DNA of 64,000 bases, from positions 16,148 to 80,147 of the forward strand of contig CAZSCX010000001.1 in NCBI GenBank assembly GCA_964605545.1. Direction: 5' to 3'. The position numbers were made by a program, and so were the translations under genes. Positions 54,482 to 64,000 of the stretch are shown here, piece by piece; the stretch's first letter is position 1, and each line of letters begins with the position of its first letter. The stretch comes from an uncultured Gammaproteobacteria bacterium. Its GTDB lineage: Bacteria > Patescibacteriota > Microgenomatia > UBA12405. The notes under the pieces are model-generated. The model was not told the DNA's origin. It saw only the letters and a program-made list of their open reading frames with translations, and searched no databases.

Positions 54482-55147
54482 ATGTCCGGTCATTCAAAAT
54501 GGAATAATATAAAGAATAGAAAGGGAGCTCAAGATAAAAAAAGAAGCGAATTATTTACAAAAGCTTCTCGTAATATCTTGACAGCGCTGAGAACCGGTAG
54601 TGGTTTAGAAACGGCGATTCAAAAAGCTAAAGAAGTTAATATGCCAAAGGAAAATATTGATAGGTTGATTAATCGTTTTAATGAGAGAAAGGATAATTTA
54701 GTCAATTTTTATCTTGAGGGTTATGCGCCTTTTTCGATACCTTTGATGATTGAAGTAGAAACGGACAATAGAAATAGGGTTCTAGGAGAAATTAAATTGA
54801 TATTTAAAGAAAATGACGGAATATTTGGTGAAAATGGCAGTACTTCTTTTTTATTTGATAGGGTGGGGGAGATTGAGTGTGAGGTTTTGACGGAGGAGCG
54901 GGAATTGGAATTAATCGATAAGGGAGCAATTGATTTTGAAGATAATTATGTATTTTGTCAGGTTGAAGATCTTAATAAATTGGAAGAGGCGATGGGAATA
55001 AAAGGGGAGATTGTGATGAAATCAAAGTCCCCAATTGTTTTGGATGAAGAGAAGACCGAAAAAGTATTGGACTTTATTTCTAAATTGGAGGAAAATGATG
55101 ATGTGATTAATGTTTTTGCAGGATTAGATTATGCCAAGGAGATTTAG
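54482..55147 (+). CDS. YebC/PmpR family protein
   Basis: MSGHSKWNNIK.RKG..D, NMPKENIDR, EGY, TDNRNR, LEENDDV.NV. Confidence 0.95.
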   Translation: MSGHSKWNNIKNRKGAQDKKRSELFTKASRNILTALRTGSGLETAIQKAKEVNMPKENIDRLINRFNERKDNLVNFYLEGYAPFSIPLMIEVETDNRNRVLGEIKLIFKENDGIFGENGSTSFLFDRVGEIECEVLTEERELELIDKGAIDFEDNYVFCQVEDLNKLEEAMGIKGEIVMKSKSPIVLDEEKTEKVLDFISKLEENDDVINVFAGLDYAKEI

Positions 55148-55916
55148 ATTTCTTTTGGTATCAATTTTGTCGGCAATTTTGTTTTTGATATTTATTGCAA
55201 TTCCCTACGAGTGGCGTTATTGGGCGTTAGCAATGGATGTTTTTCTATTGGTAGTTTTGGTTTGGTGGGGTTTAATGATGAAAAAAGGCATGCCTCTTCT
55301 TTTGCGATTGATGACTGTATTTTTACCAATAGGATTTTTTATTGGCTATGGATTGTTTGTAGCGATTATTCCATATAATTTTATTGCTGGATTGATAGAA
55401 AGTATTTTTTTTGGAACAGTAGTTTATATAATTTTTTTGGTACAAAACGTTTTTTTGTTTGCCGTGGGATACAAAACAGTACCTTTGTATCGAGCAGCTT
55501 ATACCATGGGGTCGATTTTAATGTTGCTAACAACCTTCTTTTTGTTTGATAGTTTGTTTTCTTTTAATTTGAACTATTGGTTAAATATGATTTTTGTGTT
55601 TGTAATTTGTATGTTGATTTTTGCCTATCATTTTTTCAGTGTGTCAATAGAGTTGCCCGATGATGGTAAGAATTTGGATATTAGATCGTATATTATGGTA
55701 CCGGCGTTCATTATGTCTCAATTGGCGTTGGTCTTTTCTTTTTGGCCGGTGGGAATATTTAAAGGTTCAATCTATTTGACAGCGATTATTTATATAATTG
55801 CTGGATTGATTCAATCAGACATAAGAGGAAGATTATTTAGAAGAACGATATTATCTTTTTTGTGGATTGGAGTAGCGGTAGTCTTGGGAATTATTTTGAT
55901 GACTGGATGGCGGTGA
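55131..55916 (+). CDS. Hypothetical polytopic membrane protein
   Basis: About 9 hydrophobic segments; VPLYRAA and FWP motifs. Confidence 0.7.
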   Translation: MPRRFRFLLVSILSAILFLIFIAIPYEWRYWALAMDVFLLVVLVWWGLMMKKGMPLLLRLMTVFLPIGFFIGYGLFVAIIPYNFIAGLIESIFFGTVVYIIFLVQNVFLFAVGYKTVPLYRAAYTMGSILMLLTTFFLFDSLFSFNLNYWLNMIFVFVICMLIFAYHFFSVSIELPDDGKNLDIRSYIMVPAFIMSQLALVFSFWPVGIFKGSIYLTAIIYIIAGLIQSDIRGRLFRRTILSFLWIGVAVVLGIILMTGWR

Positions 55917-56811
55917 GGGCGGCGTTAATAGCAATTTCTTCGGCAGTACAACCTCGGGAAAGATCATTGACCGGTTTTTCTAGACCCTGTAAAAGTGGTC
56001 CTACGGCAATATTGTGTCCAAATCTTGAAGCTAGTTTATAGCCAATATTACCTGAATTTAAGTCAGGAAATATTAAGATATTGGCTTCGCCTTTTAAAGG
56101 ACTATCAGGACATTTAATTTTGCTGACTTCGGGTGAGATAGCGGCATCCAATTGTATTTCACCGTCGGCAATAATGTCCGGATGAGATTGTTTGAATAGG
56201 GAAGTAGCTAATTGTATTTTTTCGACTGTCGGACCGTGGCCGGAATTTCTAGTAGAATATGAAAGAAAGGCTATTTTTGGTTCCTGCCCCACTATTTGTT
56301 TGTAAGATAATGCCGAATCATAGGCAATATCAGCCAATAAAGAAGCATCAGGATCAATATTTAAGCCACAATCGGCAAAAATAAATGTTTTATCTTCTCT
56401 TAAAATGATAAAGAAACTGGAAACCAAATGGTTGGTAGTGTGTTTGAGAATTTGAAGAGCGGGTCTTAAAAGTTTAACCGATGGGGAAGAAGCGGCTCCA
56501 ACTAGACCGTCGGCAAAACCCTGTTTCACTAACATGACACCAAAATAGAAAGGATCTTCAATGAGTTTCAAGGCCTCTTCTTCGGTTAACCCTTTTTCTT
56601 TTCTAATTAAATATAAATCGTGGGCGAGGGAAGTTTTGAAGCTAGAATCATTATATTTATCGTATTTTTCCAACAATATTACATTACATATTTTATGATG
56701 GGTGAGGAGAGCGGTAGCGTCTTGGACCCGAGGATCATTTCCTTCTAAAATGATTATTGATTTTCCAAGCGGCTTAGCTTTGGTAAAAATAGCATTTTCT
56801 AATTTCAACAT
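55891..56811 (-). CDS. pta: Phosphate acetyltransferase
   Basis: EGNDPRV, ADGLV, LRPALQI, FADCG, FLSYST, DGEIQLDAA, FPDLNSGNIGYK, NDLSRGC. Confidence 0.93.
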   Translation of the reverse strand: MLKLENAIFTKAKPLGKSIIILEGNDPRVQDATALLTHHKICNVILLEKYDKYNDSSFKTSLAHDLYLIRKEKGLTEEEALKLIEDPFYFGVMLVKQGFADGLVGAASSPSVKLLRPALQILKHTTNHLVSSFFIILREDKTFIFADCGLNIDPDASLLADIAYDSALSYKQIVGQEPKIAFLSYSTRNSGHGPTVEKIQLATSLFKQSHPDIIADGEIQLDAAISPEVSKIKCPDSPLKGEANILIFPDLNSGNIGYKLASRFGHNIAVGPLLQGLEKPVNDLSRGCTAEEIAINAALTAIQSSK

Positions 56812-57094
56812 ATATAAATTTTACCAGGGATACTAGCAATGGGGAAGGGGAAACGCCAATATTTTCACGAATTATAGGATAATTTTCACATAAAGTTATA
56901 GGATAGGTGATATAGAATGATATAGTCTGTGTGGAAAACTATCAAACCGACGAATACATCACCGGAGTACCCTAGAGGAGGGGTGGATAGTACAGTAATT
57001 AGTAAACAAAAAATAGTAATTAGTAGATATAAAATAGTATAAATATGCTTATAAATAGGCAATATTCCCTTTTGGGTAGGCAAGCTAATTTACC

Positions 57095-57122
57095 ATGTCG
57101 CACAATGTATCTTTTGCGACCT
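57095..57122. other. Candidate dif-like Xer recombination site (28 bp, near-symmetric)
   Basis: ATGTCGCACAA-TGTATC-TTTTGCGACCT has 11-6-11 geometry and resembles E. coli dif GGTGCGCATAA-TGTATA-TTATGTTAAAT; about 300 bp upstream of a xer gene. Confidence 0.65.
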
Positions 57123-57419
57123 TTCGGTTCAGAGAGCCCTCCCCCCTGCCAAAAAATATGTTTTTCTAAAACAAAATTTTATTTCTTTTTTTTAATTTTT
57201 ATTTTTTAATTAAAGTATTTATATATGACCAATTACTCTATTTGTCACCCGGATCAGGCCTGGATTGGTTTTGGGTTCAAAGACCCCTCTTGACCCCCCA
57301 CTGACTCCCCTAATGTCTTGGATAACTTAGTATAAAGTCAAAAAATGCCGTAAAATAGGCAAGACTTCATGTAAGCCTCTAAAACGAATGAAAGCTGTTT
57401 TTGCTTGATATAATGAAGC

Positions 57420-58349
57420 ATGGATATGAATTTAACTGTCCTTATTGATAAATTCCTGGTATTTTTAGAGCTAGAACACAACTGTTCAAAATTAACGATT
57501 AGAAATTATCGTCATTATCTTGACGTCTTAATTGATTTTTTGTCAGACAATGGTAAGCGAGAAATTTCTATAAATGATATTACGTCGGATTCGATAGCGG
57601 AGTTTAGATTAAGTTTAAAAACTAAAGGAATGAAAATTGTAACTCAAGGATATTATATAATTGCTTTGCGTTCGTTTTTGAAGTGGTTGAGAAGAAAAGA
57701 TATTAAAGCAATGGATCCGGAAAAACTAGATGTACCAAAAGTAAAAGACCATAGTTTAAAATTTTTGGATTTGGAGCAAATGCATAGATTGTTAAATCAG
57801 CCGATTTTGTCTTCAAAAACAGGTTTGCGAGATAAAGCGATTTTGGAATTATTGTTTTCAACCGGATTGCGGGTATCGGAATTGATTGGTTTAAATCGAG
57901 ATCAGATTAATTTAAAAACGAGAGAGTTTGGGGTTATTGGTAAAGGGGGCAGGTCAAGGGTTGTTTTTATTTCTACCGAGGCGGCCAAATACCTTGATCA
58001 ATATCTTGTAACCCGATCGGATCATTTCAAGCCTTTGTTTATAAATATGAAAAGTGAAAAAAGTATTACGGCAGATGATAAGAAAGTAAGATTGACAGCT
58101 AGATCAGTTCAAAGATTGGTAAAAAGTTATGTCGCAAAAGCTAAGTTACCGGTAAAAGCAACACCTCATACCCTACGTCATTCAATGGCAACTGATTTGT
58201 TACGTGAAGGTGCTGATATTAGATCGGTTCAAGAAATTTTGGGACATAAAAATATCGCCACAACGCAGATTTATACTCATGTGACCGATGCAAGATTAAG
58301 AGAAATACACGAAAAATTTCATGCTGGTAATAAAAAAGATGGTGTGTAA
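57420..58349 (+). CDS. Xer-family tyrosine recombinase
   Basis: TIRNY, RDKAILELLFSTGLRVSEL, GKG, TPHTLRHS.AT, VQEILGH, TTQIYTH. Confidence 0.93.
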   Translation: MDMNLTVLIDKFLVFLELEHNCSKLTIRNYRHYLDVLIDFLSDNGKREISINDITSDSIAEFRLSLKTKGMKIVTQGYYIIALRSFLKWLRRKDIKAMDPEKLDVPKVKDHSLKFLDLEQMHRLLNQPILSSKTGLRDKAILELLFSTGLRVSELIGLNRDQINLKTREFGVIGKGGRSRVVFISTEAAKYLDQYLVTRSDHFKPLFINMKSEKSITADDKKVRLTARSVQRLVKSYVAKAKLPVKATPHTLRHSMATDLLREGADIRSVQEILGHKNIATTQIYTHVTDARLREIHEKFHAGNKKDGV

Positions 58350-58475
58350 TAAATATGGCCTATATCCAGCTCAATAATGATTAGTTTGTTCAAAGAATGT
58401 TTCCAGAGCTCAACTACCCTATTTTTGATGTTATTTATCCCCTATTTTAGGCCAATACTTAAATTTTAAGCCTTG

Positions 58476-58502
58476 TTAGCACTCATATAATTTGACTGCT
58501 AA
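58476..58502. promoter_or_regulatory. CIRCE element (HrcA operator), orphan
   Basis: TTAGCACTC-N9-GACTGCTAA, one mismatch to TTAGCACTC-N9-GAGTGCTAA. Confidence 0.75.
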
Positions 58503-58558
58503 ACAACCCCAAGAGGATTATATAATCTTATAATATATAATATAAGCTTTTGACTCCC

Positions 58559-61162
58559 CTACCCTATATTTTTTACTTCGGTTTCAAGCATTTTTTCTAA
58601 GACAGTTAAAGCAGAGACTTTGTCATCACCGGTTTTAAATCGCATTAAAATTACACCTTTGGTGTTGCGAGATAAGAGAGGAACGTTTTTTATAGGTAAT
58701 TTTATAGTAATTGCTTTTTTGCTGACGAGAATAATTTGATCATGGTTTTCGGTGACCACTTGAGCTCCGGCAATTTTGCCTGTTTTATCTGTCAAAGCGG
58801 CGACTTTGACACCAATACCACCTCTTTTTTGGAGAGGATAGAGATAGACATTGCTACGTTTGCCGACGCCGTTTTCGGTTACGATCAGAAGATGCTGTTG
58901 GGACTTGGTAATTTCAGGAACGATACCCATACTGACCAGATAATCGTTGTCTTTTAGTAGGATGCCCCTAACTCCGCGAGTATGGCGGCCCATGGGGCGA
59001 CAATCAGCTTCATTGAAACGAATACATTTACCGTTGTGGGTGACGAGAAAGACCTGATCTGAACCTGAAGTAGATTTGGCAAAAATAAGGTGATCACCTT
59101 CATCAAGTTTAATAGCGGTTAAGCCAGTTTGACGGATGTTTTTGAATTTATCGATATTGGTTTTTTTGAGGGTACCGTTTTTGGTAGCCAAAATTATGAA
59201 TTTGGCTGGATTATCTTTGGATAGAGGTAAAGTGGCTTGAATGCTTTCACCTTGAATAATGTTGATTAAATTAACGACAGCTTGACCTTTGGCTTGACGA
59301 CTGCCTTCAGGAACATCCCATACCTTGGTTTTGAAGACACGGCCTTTATTGGTAAAGAAGAGCAAATCATCATGAGTATTAACGGAAAGAATAGATTCAA
59401 TTTCGTCCTCGATTTTTGTAGCCATGCCAACAACACCTTGACCACCGCGTTTTTGGGTATGATATGTGTCTTTAGGAACACGCTTGATATAACCGGTTTT
59501 GGTGATAGTAACCAAAGCGGCTTCGTTGGGTATTAAATCTTCATCAGAAAAGTCTTCTAAACCTTTGACATAAATTCTAGTTTTACGTTCATCGCCGTAT
59601 TTTTCGACAATTTCTTTATTTTCTTTTTTGATTACAGCAACCATTGAATTAGGATCGGTAATAATTTTAGTCAAAGCATCAATTTGTTTTTTGAGTTCAT
59701 TATATTCATCTTCAATTTTTTGACGTTCGAGAGCAGCGAGTTTTCGAAGTTGCATTTCCAAGATGGCGTTGGCTTGAAGATCGGTAAAATCAAATTTTTT
59801 GATTAAATTATCACGAGCATCGTCGGTACTTTTGGAAGCTTTAATTGTCTTGATAATTTCGTCAATTTTGTCTAGAGCTTTTTTGAGGCCTTCTAAAATA
59901 TGGGCGCGAAGTGAAGCTGATTTGAGATCAAAAATAGTTCTCTTGCGAATAATATCTTCACGATGCCGCAAAAAGAGTAATAACATTTGGCGTAAATTTA
60001 GGGTTTGAGGAATACCATTGACCAGGGCCAGCATGTTGGCAGAATAAGATGATTGTAGGGCAGTGTATTTATAAAGTTTATTAAGGATTGCTTTCGGTTT
60101 GCCTATTTTCTTGATTTCGACCACGATACGAATACCATGGCGATCTGATTCATCACGAAGATCGGAAATACCAATGATTTTTTTGTCTCGGACAAGATCG
60201 GCAATTTTGCTGACCAGTTCGGATTTATTGACTTGATAAGGCAATTCGGTGATGATAATTCTGACTTTACCGGATTTTGTTTCTTCAATATCGGCTTTAC
60301 CGCGGACATCAAATTTACCGCGGCCGGTTGTGTACATTTCGATAATACCTTTGCGTCCGTAAATTTCGCCTGAGGTTGGAAAATCAGGTCCTTTAACAAT
60401 TTTACAAAGATCTTCCACGGTAACAGTTGTTTCCAAAAGGAAATGAAGGTTTTCTAATTCACGAATAGGCAATAAGACTTTTTCGATAGTGCTGATATTT
60501 TTACTAAGAGGTTTAAGTTCAATTTCCGATTCGGCTTTTTCGAGATGTGTATTTTCCAGGGCTAAATCAATAGCTTCACTAATTTCCTTTAAATTGTGAG
60601 GTGGAATGCGGGTGGCCATACCAACAGCGATACCATCGGCGCCATTTAGGAGAAGATTGGGTATTTTGGCCGGGAGAATACTTGGTTCAACTTCACTGGC
60701 GTCAAAGTTTGGCATCATTATAACCGTTTCTTTATTAATATCAGAAACCATTTCAGCCGAAATTTTGTCCAGTTTGACTTCGGTGTAACGCATGGCAGCG
60801 GGTGGATCACCATCAATTGAACCAAAATTTCCCTGTCCTTTAACAAGTGGATAACGAAGAGAGAATTCTTGGGCCATACGAACCATAGCCATATAAACTG
60901 ACATATCACCATGAGGATGATATTTACCCAAAACTTCACCGACAACTTTGGCTGATTTAGTAGTTTTTCCAGTAGTTAAGCCCATATTGTTCATAGCGTA
61001 AATGATACGGCGATGAACTGGTTTTAAACCATCACGAACATCAGGAAGAGCGCGTTGAACTATAACGCTCATGGCATAATCCAAATAGGATTTTTCCATT
61101 TCTGGAACAATATCTACATTTAAAATTTTGCCGATAGTTTGAAAAGGTTTTTTGTCTACCAT
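58559..61162 (-). CDS. gyrA: DNA gyrase subunit A
   Basis: [27 protein letters not shown], GyrA-box QKRGGQG, C-terminal pinwheel repeats. Confidence 0.98.
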   Translation of the reverse strand: MVDKKPFQTIGKILNVDIVPEMEKSYLDYAMSVIVQRALPDVRDGLKPVHRRIIYAMNNMGLTTGKTTKSAKVVGEVLGKYHPHGDMSVYMAMVRMAQEFSLRYPLVKGQGNFGSIDGDPPAAMRYTEVKLDKISAEMVSDINKETVIMMPNFDASEVEPSILPAKIPNLLLNGADGIAVGMATRIPPHNLKEISEAIDLALENTHLEKAESEIELKPLSKNISTIEKVLLPIRELENLHFLLETTVTVEDLCKIVKGPDFPTSGEIYGRKGIIEMYTTGRGKFDVRGKADIEETKSGKVRIIITELPYQVNKSELVSKIADLVRDKKIIGISDLRDESDRHGIRIVVEIKKIGKPKAILNKLYKYTALQSSYSANMLALVNGIPQTLNLRQMLLLFLRHREDIIRKRTIFDLKSASLRAHILEGLKKALDKIDEIIKTIKASKSTDDARDNLIKKFDFTDLQANAILEMQLRKLAALERQKIEDEYNELKKQIDALTKIITDPNSMVAVIKKENKEIVEKYGDERKTRIYVKGLEDFSDEDLIPNEAALVTITKTGYIKRVPKDTYHTQKRGGQGVVGMATKIEDEIESILSVNTHDDLLFFTNKGRVFKTKVWDVPEGSRQAKGQAVVNLINIIQGESIQATLPLSKDNPAKFIILATKNGTLKKTNIDKFKNIRQTGLTAIKLDEGDHLIFAKSTSGSDQVFLVTHNGKCIRFNEADCRPMGRHTRGVRGILLKDNDYLVSMGIVPEITKSQQHLLIVTENGVGKRSNVYLYPLQKRGGIGVKVAALTDKTGKIAGAQVVTENHDQIILVSKKAITIKLPIKNVPLLSRNTKGVILMRFKTGDDKVSALTVLEKMLETEVKNIG

Positions 61163-61164
61163 AA

Positions 61165-63105
61165 TTAGATATCTAGTGTGGCTAGATGGGCGTGGGTTTG
61201 AATAAACTTTTTACGAGGAGGAACTTCTTCGCCCATTAAAACTCTAAAAACTTCATCAGCCTTGGCTGCGTCCTCGATGTTTATTTTTTTAAGGATTCTC
61301 GTATCAGGATTCATGGTGGTTTCCCAGAGTTGTTGAGGATTCATTTCACCTAAACCTTTATATCTTTGGATATCAAAACCTTTTGATAAGTCACATTGTT
61401 TGAGATAAGTATCTTTTTCTTCTTCGGTGTAAACATATTTGACTTCTTTACCGGTTTTTATTTTATAAAGCGGAGGCATTGCGAGATAAACATAACCTTT
61501 TTCAAGAGTAAATGGCATATGACGAAAGAGAAAAGTCAAAAGAAGAGTGGCAATATGGGCACCGTCAACATCGGCATCCGACATAATAATAATTCGATGA
61601 TATCGACACCTATCGATATTTAATGTATCACCTATTCCACTACCCAAGGCAATTATTAAGTCTTTGAGTTTATCGGATGAAACAATTTTATCGAGACGCA
61701 TACCTTCGGTGTTTAAGGCTTTACCCCAAAGAGGGAGGATGGCTTGGAAACGACGATCTCTCCCCTGTTTAGCGCTACCACCGGCGGAATCACCTTCGAC
61801 AATATAAATTTCTGATTCTTCGGGATTTTTACTTTGACAATCAGCCAATTTTCCGGGTAATCCGAGAGAATCAAAAAGGCCTTTACGCATGATAGCGTCT
61901 TTGGCGGCACGAGCGGCTTTACGAATTTGAATAGCCAGAAGAGATTTACCGACTATAACTTTGGCTACATCGGGATGTTCTTCAAAATACATTTCAAGTT
62001 GTTCTCGAACAATTTTTTGAACTATGGGTTGGACTTCGGAATTTCCTAATTTTCCCTTAGTTTGACCTTCGAATTGAAGATTTTTAGAAGACATTTTGAG
62101 TGAGACTACGGCGGTTAGACCCTCTCGGACGTCGTCTCCTGTGATGGTATCGTCTTTACCTTTGAGTAATTCTTTTCTAATGGCATAATCTTTGATTACT
62201 TTAGTCAGAGAAATTTTGAAGCCGGTTAAATGAGTGCCACCTTCGGTGGTATTGATGATATTGACGTAAGATGGAGTATTTTCTTGGAAACTGTCGTTAT
62301 ATTGAATAGCGATTTCAACATCAACGCCCTCTTCGGCTCCATGAAGATAAATTGGTTCATGGACAACAACTTTATTTTTATTGATCTCCCGTAAAAGGGA
62401 AACTATTCCACCTTCAAAGTAGTAATGATGTTCAGTGTTAATGTTTTCATTGTAGTAATGAAAATAAATTTTGGACGTAAGATAGGCTCTATCTTTTAAA
62501 GATTTAACAATTATTTTAGGGTCAAATTCAACTGTTTCTTTAAAAATTTCTGGATCGGGAGAAAAGGTGGCAGTGGTACCAGTGAGATTTTTGGGAATAA
62601 TATTTTTGAGTAATTCAATTTTTGTTTCAGAAATTTCGGTTAATTTTGTTTTAACTTTTCCACGGCTAAAATCCATATAGTAGATTTTATTGTTGCGACG
62701 AACTTCGACTTGATAAAGTTTGGAAAGAGCGTTGACACAGGCGGCACCAACACCATGCAGACCACCGGAGACTTTATAGGCAGAGCCTTCAAATTTACCG
62801 CCGGAATGAAGAGTAGTCATAATGACTTCAATAGCGGGTTTTTTGTATTTAGGCATGATATCGATAGGAAAACCGCGACCATCATCGGCAACCGTAACAG
62901 AACCATCTTTTTGGACGATTACCCAAATGTTTTTGGCAAATCCGGCTAAAGCTTCGTCAATCGAATTATCGACAATTTCAGTGAGACAATGATGAAGTCC
63001 CCTAATATCAGTGGAGCCGATATACATGGCAGGACGTTTTCTGACGGGTTCTAAGCCCTCTAAAACGACGATTTGTTCACTAGTATAGGAATCACTTGGA
63101 GACAC
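61165..63105 (-). CDS. gyrB: DNA gyrase subunit B
   Basis: [49 protein letters not shown]. Confidence 0.98.
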   Translation of the reverse strand: MSPSDSYTSEQIVVLEGLEPVRKRPAMYIGSTDIRGLHHCLTEIVDNSIDEALAGFAKNIWVIVQKDGSVTVADDGRGFPIDIMPKYKKPAIEVIMTTLHSGGKFEGSAYKVSGGLHGVGAACVNALSKLYQVEVRRNNKIYYMDFSRGKVKTKLTEISETKIELLKNIIPKNLTGTTATFSPDPEIFKETVEFDPKIIVKSLKDRAYLTSKIYFHYYNENINTEHHYYFEGGIVSLLREINKNKVVVHEPIYLHGAEEGVDVEIAIQYNDSFQENTPSYVNIINTTEGGTHLTGFKISLTKVIKDYAIRKELLKGKDDTITGDDVREGLTAVVSLKMSSKNLQFEGQTKGKLGNSEVQPIVQKIVREQLEMYFEEHPDVAKVIVGKSLLAIQIRKAARAAKDAIMRKGLFDSLGLPGKLADCQSKNPEESEIYIVEGDSAGGSAKQGRDRRFQAILPLWGKALNTEGMRLDKIVSSDKLKDLIIALGSGIGDTLNIDRCRYHRIIIMSDADVDGAHIATLLLTFLFRHMPFTLEKGYVYLAMPPLYKIKTGKEVKYVYTEEEKDTYLKQCDLSKGFDIQRYKGLGEMNPQQLWETTMNPDTRILKKINIEDAAKADEVFRVLMGEEVPPRKKFIQTHAHLATLDI

Positions 63106-63146
63106 AATTTATGATAACAGATTAAATTAGCTTTACAATAAGCAAA

Positions 63147-63680
63147 TTATGCGGTATTTTCCGCCAAAATATGGTAAGAAATTACCGAGGCGGCGACCAG
63201 GACATTAAGTGATTTATTTATCCCAAACATCGGGATTTCTACTATCTTATCAATGAGTTTTAGGGTGTCTTTTGAAATACCATTGACTTCAGAGCCCAAA
63301 ACCAAAGCCAGGGGGAATTTATATTTTGCTTTATTGTATGGAACACTTTTTTTGTCTTGTTCACAAGCAACTAAAAAATAACCATTTTGGTGTAATTTTT
63401 TAAGGCATTCTTGGGTATTTTCGAAATGTTCCCAGGGAACGAATTTCCAAGTGCCGATTGAAGCTCGATGAATTTTTATATTTGGTGGCGTGATAACTGG
63501 TCCGCAAAGGTATATTTTTTGGGCGCCGATGGCGTCGGCGAGACGGAAAAAACTACCGATATTGTAAGTATCCAAAACATTATCCAGTACAAGGACTATT
63601 TCTTGTTTTTTAACATTCTCCCCTATTTTTTTGGCTATGCCAAGTTTAGTTTTACGTAATTGATGCGAATTTAAGGGCAT
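63147..63680 (-). CDS. TrmH/SpoU RNA methyltransferase
   Basis: VLDNV.D.YNIGS.FR.ADA, LVLGSE..GI, IPM.G..KSLNV. Confidence 0.93.
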   Translation of the reverse strand: MPLNSHQLRKTKLGIAKKIGENVKKQEIVLVLDNVLDTYNIGSFFRLADAIGAQKIYLCGPVITPPNIKIHRASIGTWKFVPWEHFENTQECLKKLHQNGYFLVACEQDKKSVPYNKAKYKFPLALVLGSEVNGISKDTLKLIDKIVEIPMFGINKSLNVLVAASVISYHILAENTA

Positions 63681-63682
63681 AC

Positions 63683-64000
63683 TTAGCAGCCGCCTTGAGA
63701 AGCGGTGCCGGTGTTGGTGGTTTCAATTTTGGTAGAACACTCTTTTGGTGCTTTTTTGAAACCAGCACAAAGGGCTTCTTTTTGAGCGTTAGGAGTACGG
63801 AATTCCGTTTGAGGAATAACAACTTTACCCAAAGTAACCGAACCTTTACCGTCTTGGGTATAGGCATCTTCCGGAGGAAAGTTAACATTGTTGACTAAAA
63901 CTGTCGGAGATCCCTGTACTTTATATTTATCGGTTAAGGCAATTTCTTCTTCGATTAGCTTAATACCGTCTTTATTAAAACATTCGGTAATTTTGGCGGT
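63683..64000 (-). CDS. C-terminus of a DsbA/thioredoxin-fold protein (partial)
   Basis: Manual translation TAKITECFNKDG...YKVQGSPTVLVN...ALCAGFKKAPKEC...GGC*; V.G.PT..VN is the DsbA cis-Pro motif. Confidence 0.6.
   Translation of the reverse strand, partial: TAKITECFNKDGIKLIEEEIALTDKYKVQGSPTVLVNNVNFPPEDAYTQDGKGSVTLGKVVIPQTEFRTPNAQKEALCAGFKKAPKECSTKIETTNTGTASQGGC

Noticed and set aside
56812-57419. oriC (TGTGGAAAA at about 56930, TTGGATAAC, AT-rich tract, gyrBA nearby)
   Set aside because: Only weak DnaA-box matches, no dnaA or dnaN, and the local G-to-C switch has terminus polarity.
57420-58349. Prophage or ICE integrase
   Set aside because: Xer-like length and motifs, no cargo, att duplication or phage genes, and a dif-like site is adjacent.
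6699-63898. Numerous short antisense or overlapping ORFs in the track
   Set aside because: They are shadows of well-supported genes and show no motifs or start signals.
1-64000. Alternative genetic code (UGA = Gly)
   Set aside because: Conserved genes such as topA, tsf and dnaX end at TGA at expected lengths and ORFs are intact under code 11.

Overview
AT-rich, code-11 bacterial chromosome segment. It is most likely Patescibacteria/CPR of the Microgenomates type, inferred from the short EF-Ts, RF1 lacking domain 1, rpsB-tsf-frr without pyrH, a solo VirD4-like ATPase and many leaderless extended -10 promoters. Housekeeping blocks include dprA-topA, rpsB-tsf-frr-rseP, rpsU-yqeY-ybeY-dnaX-ebfC-recR-cysS-rpsF-ssb-rpsR, ctpA-htrA, hisS-rpmE-prfA, dnaB, yebC, pta, xer, gyrBA and two tRNAs. 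They surround a ~25 kb locus (9.3-34.1 kb) of 18 secreted proteins, the main candidate for an undescribed system. It looks like a non-cellulosomal cohesin-dockerin surface complex with about 12 dockerin-like and 8-9 cohesin-like modules, one canonical type IV pilin, several pilin-like N-termini (one fused to a cohesin) and an LPKTG-anchored cohesin. Cargo includes an S8 protease, FG-GAP repeats, putative propellers and Cys-rich adhesin-like proteins, with a divergent GH39 enzyme. Other signals: an inverted-repeat-bounded cassette of four small ORFs, rpmE ending in UAG fused in frame to a truncated RF1, a symmetric dif-like site flanked by convergent KOPS-like motifs beside xer, and an orphan CIRCE between convergent genes. 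All domain calls were made by eye from motifs; no searches were run.
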